Assembly (NCBI GenBank): GCA_963726455.1
Contig: CAVSCK010000004.1
Location: forward strand, 640,001 to 704,000
Source of the DNA: an uncultured bacterium
GTDB lineage: Bacteria; Zixibacteria; MSB-5A5; CAIYYT01
Direction of reading: 5' to 3'
Length of the DNA: 64,000 bases
Shown here: positions 9,672-20,399 of the stretch, piece after piece
Layout: every line of letters begins with the position of its first letter
Numbering within the stretch: position 1 is the stretch's first letter
Translations under genes and position numbers: made by a program
Notes under the pieces: model-generated
Told to the model about the DNA's origin: nothing
Databases searched by the model: none
Seen by the model: only the letters and a program-made list of their open reading frames with translations

Positions 9672-11225
9672 CTAGAAGAAGCCAGTGAAATTCAATGTGA
9701 ATGACGGCAAGTTGCGCGCCTTCTCAGTAGAATAGTTGCCCCAAATAGTGGCGCCGGTTTCCGTCTGCTTCTGCTTAGCATACTCCATGGCAAAATCGAG
9801 CCAGATTTGACGCCAGTGAATGCCGGTGCCGAATGTGAGCACTGTATTGGAGACCTTCTTTCCAAGCACGAAGCCGATCGGCTGACCGTCGTTATCGCGC
9901 TTCACCTCAGACACCTCGCGATACGGCCCCTGCACCAACCGGAAGCCGGCGCGAACTGGAATCGTGCCGTACGAACTCTTCACCGAATATTCGCCACCAA
10001 ACCGCACTTGCATACTGTTTTCCAGAGCCAGGTCAAACGAATTGAAGACTTCGATCAGCTTGCCCGCGCTGTTGTAAAAGGTGCCGTGGGCGGGAACTTC
10101 GAAATACATCGAACCGGGCAGCGTGAAGGTATTTATTGAATCAAGACTGTTAATACCCTGGCGGACCTTGACCGAATCGAATTCAGCTCTCACATAATAA
10201 GAAGTGTTGGCATACTTGGCGTAATCGACGTCACCGGCTAACACCAGACTTGGCGTGACCTGATAAGACAATCCAATGGCGCCTTCCAAGGGAATCTGAA
10301 TTTTCGTCTTGCCCCGGAACAACGTCGGGTTGAAGGCCACCGGGTTTCCCCCTCCGGGAGTGTGGAGTTGCTTGTCATAAACTGTATCTCGACGAATCAA
10401 GTCATGGTCCGTGACCATCTGAAAAGGAGACTTGATGGTTACGCCGGCACGAAATTTGTCCTTCTTATAGAACAGGGAACCAATAAAATTGACGCCCTTC
10501 GTGGTCGCTTTATCATAGACGGAGGTTATCCCGTGGAACCAAACCGAATCCAAAACATCCTGCCCAAAAACGTAAGGCAAGACAGTGGTGTAATTGGAAT
10601 AGTAATTTGACTCCGTCGTACCCGTGTAAATATTGACTCCGCCACCAATCGAAAAATCTCCGTATAGACCAGTACCAAAACCCAGAGAGATCTGGTCAAG
10701 CCCACCTGTGTAGGTCCTCCGCATATCTTTCGGTGCGAGCCCACGCCACGTAGTTCCTTCGGCAGAACCATAGAACCAAATGCTATCGGAAGTGTACTCG
10801 TCATTAATCTGATCTTGTAACGATTGGTAAGTTGCAGATGCCATGAACGGGTGCCCCTTGATACGAATCGGCGCCACGAAGGAAGCAAAATTGGGCTTCA
10901 GCTTCTGATCCTTAAATGTGCTGCTGATATTGTATGAGGGATTGTGGGCGTAGCTGACTGTACTCTTGAGTTGCAACGGCATATAGACGCCGGCAATCGA
11001 GGCCTGAGTTTTGTCGACCTGAACCAAGCCGGCCGGATTCCACGTCAGGGCCGAAGCATCGTCGGCAACGCCGGTAAAAGCGCCGCCCATGCCACGGGCG
11101 CGAGCGCCGGAGCCGAGGAAAGAATAATCGATTGTGGAAAACGGATAGAGATTGAAATCCTGACAATACACTACCGCTGACGACAACAAGAATATAAGAA
11201 CAACTTTAGCGGTTAAACTTCGCAT
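9672..11225 (-). CDS. Outer-membrane beta-barrel, FadL/OmpP1/PorV-like
   Basis: Signal peptide, GARARGMGGAFTGVADDASALTWNPAGL, terminal Phe. Confidence 0.8.
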   Translation of the reverse strand: MRSLTAKVVLIFLLSSAVVYCQDFNLYPFSTIDYSFLGSGARARGMGGAFTGVADDASALTWNPAGLVQVDKTQASIAGVYMPLQLKSTVSYAHNPSYNISSTFKDQKLKPNFASFVAPIRIKGHPFMASATYQSLQDQINDEYTSDSIWFYGSAEGTTWRGLAPKDMRRTYTGGLDQISLGFGTGLYGDFSIGGGVNIYTGTTESNYYSNYTTVLPYVFGQDVLDSVWFHGITSVYDKATTKGVNFIGSLFYKKDKFRAGVTIKSPFQMVTDHDLIRRDTVYDKQLHTPGGGNPVAFNPTLFRGKTKIQIPLEGAIGLSYQVTPSLVLAGDVDYAKYANTSYYVRAEFDSVKVRQGINSLDSINTFTLPGSMYFEVPAHGTFYNSAGKLIEVFNSFDLALENSMQVRFGGEYSVKSSYGTIPVRAGFRLVQGPYREVSEVKRDNDGQPIGFVLGKKVSNTVLTFGTGIHWRQIWLDFAMEYAKQKQTETGATIWGNYSTEKARNLPSFTLNFTGFF

Positions 11226-11276
11226 AATTGGAACACTCTCCTTCTGTTCAACCCTATGGCAAAAATCAAGGCAGGC

Positions 11277-11305
11277 AATATAGGCGCGCCAAAATAGGTT
11301 GTCAA
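11277..11305 (-). promoter_or_regulatory. Sigma-70-type promoter
   Basis: TTGACA-N17-TATATT upstream of the barrel gene. Confidence 0.6.
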
Positions 11306-11397
11306 ATCATTTTTCAAGCCACTCACAGACGTTAGTTTAGACGGGAAAGAGGGGGTTTTGTGCAATTTGGTAATGCGAGTTTGTCAGTCGCGAAACG

Positions 11398-12813
11398 TCA
11401 CTTTTCGACGGCGTCCTCTTCGGCAACGGCGGCCGCCTCGACCGTATCGGCGGCATCCATCATGCCGTACTCATGGAGCTTATTCCGCAGAGTGCGAGAG
11501 GATATTCCCAGACAATCCGAGGCCTTGGTGCGGTTGCCGCCGCAGCGCTCCAAGGTCTCGATGATCATTACTTTCTCCATTTCGGCGATGGTCATTTGCT
11601 TATTGCCCGAAGTAGTTGACAGGGATGAGAGTTTGCCCAGGACGAGATGTCCTGGCAGGTCGGCGTCAGTTATCCGATCGTCTTTAGAGAGAACGACACC
11701 GCGCTCGATATAGTTTTCCAGTTCGCGGACATTACCCGGCCAATGGTAGGACAGGAGCAGTTTCATCGCTTTTTCAGTGACGCCCTTGACGTCGCGATGG
11801 TTCTCGTCATTATATTTGCGAATAAAGTGATCTACCAGAGCAGGTATATCGTCCAGCCGATCGCGCAAAGGGGGCAGATAAAGTGGTATTACGTTGAGAC
11901 GGTAGTAAAGATCTTCACGAAACCGACCGGTTTTGACCTCATCCTCGAGATTCTTATTGGTAGTAGCCACCAATCGGACATCAACTTTGACATTGATTCC
12001 CGAACCGACGCGCTGAAATTCGCGTTCCTGAATGACGCGCAAGAGCTTTGCCTGAATTCCGGTGGGGATTTCGCTGATCTCGTCCAGCAACAGGGTTCCG
12101 CCATCCGCAAGCTCGAAGCGCCCTGCTGATTGTTTGATGGCGTTGGTAAAGGCGCCCTTCTCGTGGCCGAACAATTCCGACTCGATCAGACCTTCCGGCA
12201 ACGCAGCGCAATTGAGAGTCACAAACGGCCCATTTGCCCGCGGAGAATTGTAGTGGATCGCCCGGGCAATCAATTCCTTGCCGGCGCCTGACTCTCCCCT
12301 TATCAAAACGGTGGCGCGCGACTTGGCGGCCGAAGACAAAGTGTCCAACAGACCCAGGAGCTTTTTATCGGCTCCGACGATGTTGCCCAACTGATAACGA
12401 GTGCGAATCTCCGAGCGGAGAATGCGATTTTCCAGAATGAGATGGCGGTGCTCGAGTGCCTTGGCGACGCAAAGCTGCAATTCGTCCGGGAGAATCGGTT
12501 TCAGGATATAATCATAAGCGCCGAGTTTCATGGCGTCAACGGCGTCCTTGACCGTTCCGTAGGCGGTGATCATTACTACGACGGTTTCCGGCCAATCGGC
12601 TTTCACTCGTTGCAGGAGATCGATGCCGCTCATCTTGGGCATCTTGACATCGGAAAGGATTACGTCGAATTCCTTTTGGTCGATCCAGGCAAGGCCTTCC
12701 TCCCCTGTCGATGCGGTGGTGACATTGTAGCCGAGCTTTTTGAGGACGGCCTGGAAAAATTCATTTACCAGCGCGTCGTCGTCAACGACGAGAATTTCCT
12801 GGATAGCGCTCAT
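11398..12813 (-). CDS. Sigma-54-dependent response regulator (NtrC family, FleR/FlrC-like)
   Basis: Receiver domain, GESGAGKE, GAFTNA, LLDEISE, WPGNVREL, Fis HTH. Confidence 0.93.
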   Translation of the reverse strand: MSAIQEILVVDDDALVNEFFQAVLKKLGYNVTTASTGEEGLAWIDQKEFDVILSDVKMPKMSGIDLLQRVKADWPETVVVMITAYGTVKDAVDAMKLGAYDYILKPILPDELQLCVAKALEHRHLILENRILRSEIRTRYQLGNIVGADKKLLGLLDTLSSAAKSRATVLIRGESGAGKELIARAIHYNSPRANGPFVTLNCAALPEGLIESELFGHEKGAFTNAIKQSAGRFELADGGTLLLDEISEIPTGIQAKLLRVIQEREFQRVGSGINVKVDVRLVATTNKNLEDEVKTGRFREDLYYRLNVIPLYLPPLRDRLDDIPALVDHFIRKYNDENHRDVKGVTEKAMKLLLSYHWPGNVRELENYIERGVVLSKDDRITDADLPGHLVLGKLSSLSTTSGNKQMTIAEMEKVMIIETLERCGGNRTKASDCLGISSRTLRNKLHEYGMMDAADTVEAAAVAEEDAVEK

Positions 12814-12860
12814 GATTCAGTGCTCCCTGTACTCACCCTGGTCGGGACACTACGTTTGCG

Positions 12861-14138
12861 TTAGCCGGCGGGAAGCTCGATACGGAAAACCGAACCTTCC
12901 CCGTGATGCGAATCGACCGCGATCGTACCTTGATGTGCGTCGACAACTTTCTTGACCAGTGCCAATCCCAAGCCGGTACCACCCTCTCTGGTGGTGAAGA
13001 AAGGAGTAAAGATCTTTTCCCGGATGTCCGCAGGAATGCTGGTTCCCTGATCGGCGACGCTGAGCAAGACCTTCTCTTTCTTCGCAGTGATGCTGACGCT
13101 TATTGTACCGCCGTCCGGCATGGCCTCATCGGCATTCTTAAGCAGATTGACGAGTGCGCCACCCAAATTCTCGCGGTCGAAGGCGCACATTACGGGACGG
13201 TTGGGCAACTGCAATTCGACTTTGGAGGCAGAATTGCGAGTGTGCAGGTCCATGCGGAAGAAGTCGATGGTCTCGGTAAGCAGAGCGCCAAGATCTCCCG
13301 GCCTTGGCTGATGCCTGAGGTCGCGCGCGTACTCGAGCAACGATGTCACGGATCGATTCAACTTCTGCACGCCCGCAATGATCTTGTCGACATAATTGAC
13401 ATGCGGGCTGTCGTCGCCAAGCTCTTCCCTTAAGAGCGCCGCAAATCCGGCAATTCCCGAAAGCGGATTGCGGACCTCGTGCGCAATGACGGCAGCGACT
13501 TCGCCGAGTGCTGCCAAGCTCTTGACACGAGCCATTTCTTCCTGCATGCGTTTGACTTCCGAAAGGTCAACAAAGACTTCCAATGCCCCGACGGTGAAGC
13601 CGTTGCTGTCGGTGATGGGCGCACTGGAAGAAGAAATGGGAACGATGTTGCCGCCGGCGATTTGAACGTCCTTTTCGAGATTGCGGAAGGATTCGCCTCC
13701 GTCCAGCAGCCGGCAGAGCGAATTGGCGCCTGCCAGAGAACGTTCAAATAGCTGCTCATATTCCCTAGTGATGATATTATCGTGGTTGACTTGTAGAATC
13801 CGGCAGCCGGCGCGATTAATGCTGTTGATACGGCCATCGAGATCGACGGTGATTACACCGGCGGTCAGGGATTCCAGAACGTTTTGAAGGAAATTGGTAG
13901 TCTGGATGTTTTGTTCGAGTACAGCGCGCAGTTTCTCGTTGGTCGCCGTAAGTTCGTCGGAAAGCTTTTGATACCGCTCTTGCAAAGCGGCATACGACTC
14001 ATTCAACCGCTTGATAGTGTGGTTGAAAGTCGCAAAAGTCTCCCGGAAAACCGCTAGCTGTTCGGAATCCAGAAGTTCCTTGCTCGGTGCACCCGGCTTC
14101 TCCCTAGCCATTGGTCCTATTATAGGCGCATTGAACAT
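12861..14138 (-). CDS. Cytoplasmic PAS sensor histidine kinase (FleS/FlrB-like)
   Basis: N-terminal coiled coil, PAS, AHEVRNPL H-box, N/G1/F/G2 boxes, no TM. Confidence 0.9.
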   Translation of the reverse strand: MFNAPIIGPMAREKPGAPSKELLDSEQLAVFRETFATFNHTIKRLNESYAALQERYQKLSDELTATNEKLRAVLEQNIQTTNFLQNVLESLTAGVITVDLDGRINSINRAGCRILQVNHDNIITREYEQLFERSLAGANSLCRLLDGGESFRNLEKDVQIAGGNIVPISSSSAPITDSNGFTVGALEVFVDLSEVKRMQEEMARVKSLAALGEVAAVIAHEVRNPLSGIAGFAALLREELGDDSPHVNYVDKIIAGVQKLNRSVTSLLEYARDLRHQPRPGDLGALLTETIDFFRMDLHTRNSASKVELQLPNRPVMCAFDRENLGGALVNLLKNADEAMPDGGTISVSITAKKEKVLLSVADQGTSIPADIREKIFTPFFTTREGGTGLGLALVKKVVDAHQGTIAVDSHHGEGSVFRIELPAG

Positions 14139-14202
14139 TCGTTTTCAACTAAAATAATTCGTAAAGCCGCACGAGGGCGGCTGAAACTGAAAAAGTACTG
14201 GT

Positions 14203-15291
14203 CTAGAAGTACGCCATTATTTCCGCCGCAATCTGGTCTAGCGGCGCGATAGTATTGGTTATGCCGGCCTCAATGACCGCGCGCGGCATGCCATAGACGA
14301 CACAGGATGCCTCGTCCTGGGCAATAATGTCTGAGCCCCTGACTTTCATGGCTTGCATCCCGTTAAGGCCATCCGAACCCATGCCGGTCATGATAACTCC
14401 CAGAGCAACGTGTCCTTGCACCTCGGCGACCGAGTGCATGAGCACGTCAACGGAGGGTTTGTGAATGGTGTTATCCGGCTTGTCGGATAGCACAGCCGTG
14501 GTCGTGGACAGGTTTTTGCGAATCGTGAGGTGCTTGTCTCCGGGAGCGATGTATGCAGTGCCGGGGCTGATCGGCTCGCCATCCTCGGCTTCTTTGACCC
14601 CGATTTGACACAAACCGTTTAAACGCTCGGCAAGCGACTTGGTAAACATGGGCGGCATATGCTGGACGACGACTATTCCCACGGGGAAATTGCGTGGCAA
14701 AGCCGTTAACACGGTTTGAAGCGCTGGCGGACCACCGGTTGACGTACCGATGGATACGAGTTTAATCAATTTGTGCTTCTTCGTAATGACGTGCGGCGCC
14801 GCCGGCGTCGTTTCACCCATGCCGGCCACCGGTTGCCGACCGATTTTGCGGGCTCTTCGCAACGCATATTGCGCCATCAGAGTGCGACGACGGCTGTGTA
14901 TGTGCCTGATCTTGGCCTGCAGTTCGGCCTTGATTTTGACGATATCCAGCGACACGAATGACATCTGTTTTGGAATGAAATCAACGGCGCCAAGGTCGAG
15001 GGCATCGAGCGTGATTTGTGCACCTTCTGAGGTTAACGACGAGACCATGATGACCGGTGTCGGCTGTTTTTCCATGATCATGCGCAGTGCGGTCAGACCG
15101 TCAAGCTGCGGCATTTCGATGTCCATGGTAACAAGGTCGGGCTTGAGTTCGAATGCTTTCTCGACCCCTTCCTTGCCGTTGGTGGCAAAGCCGACGACTT
15201 CGATCTGAGAGTCGTCCGACAGCATTACCTGGATCGCTTTTCGCATGAAGGCGGAATCATCGACGATGAGTACGCGAATCTTGTCAGGCAT
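14203..15291 (-). CDS. cheB: Chemotaxis methylesterase
   Basis: Receiver domain plus GTSTGGP, QHMP, KPSVD, MTGMGSDG. Confidence 0.96.
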   Translation of the reverse strand: MPDKIRVLIVDDSAFMRKAIQVMLSDDSQIEVVGFATNGKEGVEKAFELKPDLVTMDIEMPQLDGLTALRMIMEKQPTPVIMVSSLTSEGAQITLDALDLGAVDFIPKQMSFVSLDIVKIKAELQAKIRHIHSRRRTLMAQYALRRARKIGRQPVAGMGETTPAAPHVITKKHKLIKLVSIGTSTGGPPALQTVLTALPRNFPVGIVVVQHMPPMFTKSLAERLNGLCQIGVKEAEDGEPISPGTAYIAPGDKHLTIRKNLSTTTAVLSDKPDNTIHKPSVDVLMHSVAEVQGHVALGVIMTGMGSDGLNGMQAMKVRGSDIIAQDEASCVVYGMPRAVIEAGITNTIAPLDQIAAEIMAYF

Positions 15292-15320
15292 GTAGAAGTC
15301 CTATATCTGAAGAAGCTAAT

Positions 15321-17210
15321 CTAAACGGTCATGGCAAAAATGCCGACCGGATCAACAATCAATCGTACCCTGCCGTCCCCCAGAATTGTGGCTCCCGCGA
15401 TACCCTGCGTATTGCCGAGAAATTCACCGAGTGACTTGATAACAACTTCTTCCTGACCAATCAGCCGCTCGACCACAAGGCCGATTCGTTTTTCGGCCAG
15501 TCCGAGCACGACAACGTACGAGCTGTTCATGGACGCCAGGTCGATGACACTGGTGCCCCGGAAGAAGACTGAATGCAGATCAATGATCGGCAGCACGGTA
15601 TCTCGCAGACGAATGACTTCGCGGCGATTGATCGACGCGACATCGGTGCGCGCAATCTTCACGGTTTCCAGAACCGATGCCAGCGGCAGAATGAACAGTT
15701 CATCCTTGGCTTCGACCAACAATCCCTGGACGATTGCCAAGGTCAACGGGAGCTTTATAATGATGGCGGTGCCCTGTCCCCGCGCCGATTCAATATCGAT
15801 AATTCCTTTTAGTTTTTCAATGTTGGTTTTGACGACATCCATGCCGACTCCGCGGCCGGAAACGTCGGTCACGATTTTAGCCGTCGAGAAGCCGGGGTGG
15901 AATATGAAATTGAAGAGTTCACGCTCCGGCATGCGGCTGAGTTCCTCGGCAGTTGCCAATTTCTTTTCAAGCGCTTTCTGGCGGATACGTTCGGCATCCA
16001 GCCCGGCGCCATCGTCGGCTACCTTGATGACAATGTTCGAACCTTCCTGGCTGGCGACCAATTCAATTTTGCCGACTCTGGATTTTCCGGCCTTAACGCG
16101 TTCGTCCGGCAATTCAATCCCGTGATCGGCGGAATTACGGATGAGGTGAACGAGTGGATCACCGATCTCTTCAATAACCGATTTGTCGAGTTCGGTTTCC
16201 TCTCCCGAGATAGTCAATTCGATTTCTTTGTTCTGGCTGCGCGCCAGGTCGCGGACGACACGCGGAAATTTGTTGAAGACTTTGCCCACGGGCAGCATCC
16301 GCATTTTCATTACCGACATCTGCAATTCTGTTGTGACGAAATTCAGTTGCGTGGCCACCTGGTTCAGGTCATCCATCAGCTCCTGGCCCTCGTAGCGACC
16401 GGTAATGCGATTGGTGAGCTGTACCATGGCATTACGGCCGAGTACCAACTCGCCCATGATGTTCATCAAATTGTCGAGGCGGTCAACATCGACGCGTATG
16501 GTCTGGTCGGCGCCTCTGCGCATCTCCGCCATCTGCTTGGCAAGAGTCGCGGCGGTCTCCGGTTTGGGCGCGTCTACTGGAAAATCCGCTTTCGGAGCAG
16601 GTTTTGTTTCCGCAACCGGCACCGGCGTCATATCGACAACCTTCGGCGCGGACTCGCGCTCGGATGTGACTGACGCCTCGATCGGCTCAGACTTAGCCGT
16701 CGGTGCGGAAGATGCAGCCGTTTCGCTGGATGGCGCTTCGATCTTCTTTGATTTGCTTTCGTCTTTCGCCTCGGGTTTTGGCGATGATGCAGCAGTCTGA
16801 CCGGTGGCAACGGCAGTCAACTTGCTCTTGATATGCTCCAGATCGATGTCGCTGTCGCCTCCGGTACGCGTTTCCTGCAACAGGAATTTCAACGTATCAA
16901 TCGACTCCAGCAAGGTGTCCATGATGGTTGCATCAACCTTGAGTTCACCCTTACGGAGCTTGTTTAGGACGTCCTCCATCTTGTGAGTGAGTTCGGAGAG
17001 GCGGTCGAAACCGAGGAAACCCGAAGTTCCTTTTATGGTATGAGCGGCGCGGAATATTTCGTTGAGCAGATCGAGATCAGTCGAGTTCTTTTCCAGGCGG
17101 ACCATGTCCTCGTCAAGCTTGGCGATGATCTCGTCAGCCTCGACCATGAACTCGTCGATGATCTCCTTCATGTTGTCCAGTTCAGTTCCTATTTCCGCCA
17201 TGACCGGCAA
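15321..17210 (-). CDS. cheA: Chemotaxis histidine kinase
   Basis: Hpt FRAAHTIKG, TIRVDV, HLIRNSADHGIE, SGRGVGMDVV, CheW domain. Confidence 0.97.
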   Translation of the reverse strand: MPVMAEIGTELDNMKEIIDEFMVEADEIIAKLDEDMVRLEKNSTDLDLLNEIFRAAHTIKGTSGFLGFDRLSELTHKMEDVLNKLRKGELKVDATIMDTLLESIDTLKFLLQETRTGGDSDIDLEHIKSKLTAVATGQTAASSPKPEAKDESKSKKIEAPSSETAASSAPTAKSEPIEASVTSERESAPKVVDMTPVPVAETKPAPKADFPVDAPKPETAATLAKQMAEMRRGADQTIRVDVDRLDNLMNIMGELVLGRNAMVQLTNRITGRYEGQELMDDLNQVATQLNFVTTELQMSVMKMRMLPVGKVFNKFPRVVRDLARSQNKEIELTISGEETELDKSVIEEIGDPLVHLIRNSADHGIELPDERVKAGKSRVGKIELVASQEGSNIVIKVADDGAGLDAERIRQKALEKKLATAEELSRMPERELFNFIFHPGFSTAKIVTDVSGRGVGMDVVKTNIEKLKGIIDIESARGQGTAIIIKLPLTLAIVQGLLVEAKDELFILPLASVLETVKIARTDVASINRREVIRLRDTVLPIIDLHSVFFRGTSVIDLASMNSSYVVVLGLAEKRIGLVVERLIGQEEVVIKSLGEFLGNTQGIAGATILGDGRVRLIVDPVGIFAMTV

Positions 17211-17215
17211 CTCCC

Positions 17216-17839
17216 TTAGCTTTTTTGTTTGTCCAGTGTCATATTGTTTACGAGCTTGTCGACTTCGCTCTGCATGTTAGCATCGTTGGAGAAATTGGCA
17301 TTGGGATCATAGGCCCGCTGTTTTCTCTTGGTTTCCTCTTCGGGGGCAACTTCCAACTGCAGACTGACCAGCACGTCCATCAGGCGATTTTCCACTTGTT
17401 CCAACAGCGCGATGGCGTGATCCATCTGCTGAGTGGTGATGTCCTGAAACTGGAGAGCGTCCATGATGGCATAGGCGTCATTCTGGTTGGACAGCGCGTC
17501 CGTCTTGATCTTTTCGACAATGCGCTTCACGCGCGAGTTGTTCCGGAAATATGTGGCCGGCAGTACGCGGCGGAGCTCTTTAAGACTCGCTTCGATTTCG
17601 CCTTCGCGGCCGGTAATGGCTTCCACCATATCGAGCACGCGATGAGCGGCAACCTCCGTCTGCTGGCTGATCTTCTCCAATTGTTCGGCTGCCTGCGGAA
17701 CTTTGCTGCGAGATTCGGCAATGGGTTCCTGCGCGACTTTGATGCCCTTGATGATCTGGCTAATAGAATCGGCAAGGTGTTTCAATTCCGAGTGGATGTT
17801 CTTCACCGAATCGTCCGACTTCATGAGTCTTTCTACCAT
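17216..17839 (-). CDS. cheZ: CheZ-like phosphatase
   Basis: TEVAAHRVLD and ALQFQDITTQQ (DxxxQ), C-terminal QSEVDKLV helix; lies between cheY and cheA. Confidence 0.85.
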   Translation of the reverse strand: MVERLMKSDDSVKNIHSELKHLADSISQIIKGIKVAQEPIAESRSKVPQAAEQLEKISQQTEVAAHRVLDMVEAITGREGEIEASLKELRRVLPATYFRNNSRVKRIVEKIKTDALSNQNDAYAIMDALQFQDITTQQMDHAIALLEQVENRLMDVLVSLQLEVAPEEETKRKQRAYDPNANFSNDANMQSEVDKLVNNMTLDKQKS

Positions 17840-17840
17840 C

Positions 17841-18227
17841 TCAGCTCCTCCCTGCCGCTTTGAGAACCTGCTTGATTTTCTCGCCGAGTGTTTCCGGCGT
17901 AAACGGCTTGACGATGTAGTTGTTTACACCCGCTTTCATCGCCTCGATAATGTCGTCCTTAACAGAGCGAGTCGTTACCATAAGGATCGGAGTATCCTTG
18001 AATTCATCGGCGCTGCGAACCTGGGTCACGAATGTCAGGCCGTCCATTTCCGGCATATTCCAGTCGGTAATGACGAAGTTGAACTGCTCGACTTTCATTT
18101 TTGCCAGCGCGTCCTTGCCGTCCGAGGCCTCGGTAACGTCCTCGTAGCCGGCGCGTTTGAGCGTGTTGACAATAATCCTGCGCATGGTCGGTGAATCATC
18201 CACTGCCAGTATTTTCATAGAAGACAC
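17841..18227 (-). CDS. cheY: Chemotaxis response regulator
   Basis: VDDSPTMRRI, DWNMPEMDG, YIVKPFT. Confidence 0.93.
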   Translation of the reverse strand: MSSMKILAVDDSPTMRRIIVNTLKRAGYEDVTEASDGKDALAKMKVEQFNFVITDWNMPEMDGLTFVTQVRSADEFKDTPILMVTTRSVKDDIIEAMKAGVNNYIVKPFTPETLGEKIKQVLKAAGRS

Positions 18228-18277
18228 TGAATCCTCCTTTGAATTCCTTTGCTGCTCGCTGTCCTTGTGTTACGGCC

Positions 18278-18649
18278 TTAATCCAGCAGTCTCGCGACTT
18301 CCGCCAGCAAAACTGACGACTTGAACGGCTTGACCAGATATGAAGTTGCGCCGACTTCCTCACCCTTCTGCCTGTCCATATCGCCCTCCTCCGACGAGAG
18401 AATGATGATCGGGACTTCGGTGAATTTGTCGTTGTGACGCAGAGTCGCTATCAGTTCATAGCCATCGATGTTGGGCATGTTCAGATCGGTGATGACCAGA
18501 TCGATATCGGTTTCGAGATTCGAAATCTTCTCGAGGGCATCCATACCATCACAGGCGCCAACCACTTCATAACCGCTGGACTTGAGACTATAGGACACAA
18601 ATTTTACCAAAGTAGGTGAATCGTCTACTACCAGAATTCTATGGCTCAT
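18278..18649 (-). CDS. Second single-domain CheY-like receiver
   Basis: VVDDS, DLNMP, VKPF. Confidence 0.88.
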   Translation of the reverse strand: MSHRILVVDDSPTLVKFVSYSLKSSGYEVVGACDGMDALEKISNLETDIDLVITDLNMPNIDGYELIATLRHNDKFTEVPIIILSSEEGDMDRQKGEEVGATSYLVKPFKSSVLLAEVARLLD

Positions 18650-18674
18650 ATTCTACCTATTCCTTCTCACTGTC

Positions 18675-19709
18675 CTACTTTTTCGTGCTCGCCAAAAGCT
18701 CTTGTATCTTTTTCAATTTCTCTAAGGTCGCGGCGTTGCTTCCCGAAATGTCACGGGCGGCCTGCGTAGTCGTACTCACTGCGGCCGTCGGCGCCATTAC
18801 AGTAGCTCTTGCAGGGGTGGTTGCCACCGGTGCTTCTATCGGAGCCACACCGGATGGTTCACGGAAATAGACCAGGCCGTTCTTGAAATAGACCAGCTTG
18901 AAGGCCTTGCTGATTCCATGCAGCGATTCGGCATGACCGATGAACAAGTATCCCCCCGATTTCAGCCCGGAGTAGAATGCCTTGACTATTTGCTTCTTGA
19001 CCTCGTCGGAAAAATATATCATCACGTTGCGGCAGAAGACGAAATCCATCTCCGTCATTTGCGCCATTTTGCGCCGATCAACAAGATTGAGGTGTGAGAA
19101 TTTGACCAGCCGCTTTACGTTTTCGGTGACGCAATACTTATCAGCTTCGCGGACGAAATATTTGCTGACGATATAAGGAGGCGTGGTACGAAGTGACATC
19201 TCGCCGTAGGAGGCCTTTCGGGCCGCGTAGAGCACGTTTTCGGAAATGTCGTTGGCGATGATTTCGATATTCCAGTCGTTATGTTCACCCAGGACTTCCA
19301 GCAGAATCATGCCGATCGTGTAGGGCTCCTCGCCCGTGGAACATCCCGCCGACCAGATGCGCAGTCGTTTGGGCTGGCCGCTCCGCTTCTTTTGTTCGAT
19401 AATGGCCGGCAGAACTTCTTCCTGGAAACAGGCCAATTGAGGCGGATTGCGATAGAACGAAGTTTCGTTGGTCGTCACCAGATTCATCAGCATGTTGAAT
19501 TCCTTCAGCGACGTGTCGTATTTGACTTGATAGAAATAGTCGCGGAAGGAACTTAGCCCCACGGTCGCCATGCGCTTGGTGAGTCGGTTCTCGACCAGAT
19601 ATTTTTTATTCTCGGCGAAGAAGATTCCGCTTTTTTCGTGGATAAAATCGCGAAACGCGATGAAATCCTCCAGGCTGAGTTCAAGACTCAAGTTTTCAGA
19701 TTGCAGCAT
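18675..19709 (-). CDS. cheR: Chemotaxis methyltransferase
   Basis: TTNETSFYR, IWSAGCSTGEEPY, FCRNVMIYF, GHAESL. Confidence 0.96.
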   Translation of the reverse strand: MLQSENLSLELSLEDFIAFRDFIHEKSGIFFAENKKYLVENRLTKRMATVGLSSFRDYFYQVKYDTSLKEFNMLMNLVTTNETSFYRNPPQLACFQEEVLPAIIEQKKRSGQPKRLRIWSAGCSTGEEPYTIGMILLEVLGEHNDWNIEIIANDISENVLYAARKASYGEMSLRTTPPYIVSKYFVREADKYCVTENVKRLVKFSHLNLVDRRKMAQMTEMDFVFCRNVMIYFSDEVKKQIVKAFYSGLKSGGYLFIGHAESLHGISKAFKLVYFKNGLVYFREPSGVAPIEAPVATTPARATVMAPTAAVSTTTQAARDISGSNAATLEKLKKIQELLASTKK

Positions 19710-19742
19710 ATCTCGGCTGTCCCACCATACTCGTCGGTTGCA

Positions 19743-20399
19743 TTAACTCGTTTCTTCCATCAGCGTGATCGCCTGCCCCCGGAACTCGTGCCGGGAAGTT
19801 TCCACTTCATCATATGTTGGGGTTTCGCGCGTGAGATTATTTCGACGACGACTCGCCGCGGCCAGTACCGGCTGCTCCAATTGGTAGGAGCTGTTGTCGG
19901 ATCCTTTTTCAATGATCGTAAAACGGCGCGTTGTCCTTTCGGCCGTCTCCCGTTCCTCCCGTTTTTTCAAGCCGGAGACACGCGTTTCGAGTTCCGTGAC
20001 GCGTTCGCGCAACTGCCTGACTTCGAGATAATGTTGTTGAGCGGCCACAGCGCTCTTCACGGTGCCATCAAGTTCTTTAAGCCGGAATGGCTTGACGACA
20101 AAATCGTGGGCGCCGGCGCGCAAGGCGCTCACCGTAGTATCCACGGTAGGATAGCCGGTCATCATTATAACGGACAGATCGTCCGCAATTGTTTTCAAGC
20201 GATACAGCAGATCGATACCGGAGCCATCGGGCATCCGCAAATCGACGAGCGCGGCATTAAAACTTTCTGTCCCCACCAAACGAAGAGCTTCGGCTGCCGA
20301 ACCGGCGGTTCGTACTTCGTAGTTCATCTTGGTAAAGTATTCCGCGAGCAATTCCCTCACAAACAACTCATCATCCACCACGAGCAGCTTACTCTTCAT
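19743..20399 (-). CDS. Response regulator with C-terminal coiled coil and tail
   Basis: Start MKSKLLVVDDE at 20399 after GGAGG; DLRMP; VKPF. Confidence 0.85.
   Translation of the reverse strand: MKSKLLVVDDELFVRELLAEYFTKMNYEVRTAGSAAEALRLVGTESFNAALVDLRMPDGSGIDLLYRLKTIADDLSVIMMTGYPTVDTTVSALRAGAHDFVVKPFRLKELDGTVKSAVAAQQHYLEVRQLRERVTELETRVSGLKKREERETAERTTRRFTIIEKGSDNSSYQLEQPVLAAASRRRNNLTRETPTYDEVETSRHEFRGQAITLMEETS

Noticed and set aside
12135-12187. GAFTNA instead of GAFTGA as a sign of a sigma-54-independent activator
   Set aside because: The critical F and T are retained, and fifth-position variants are common in active proteins.
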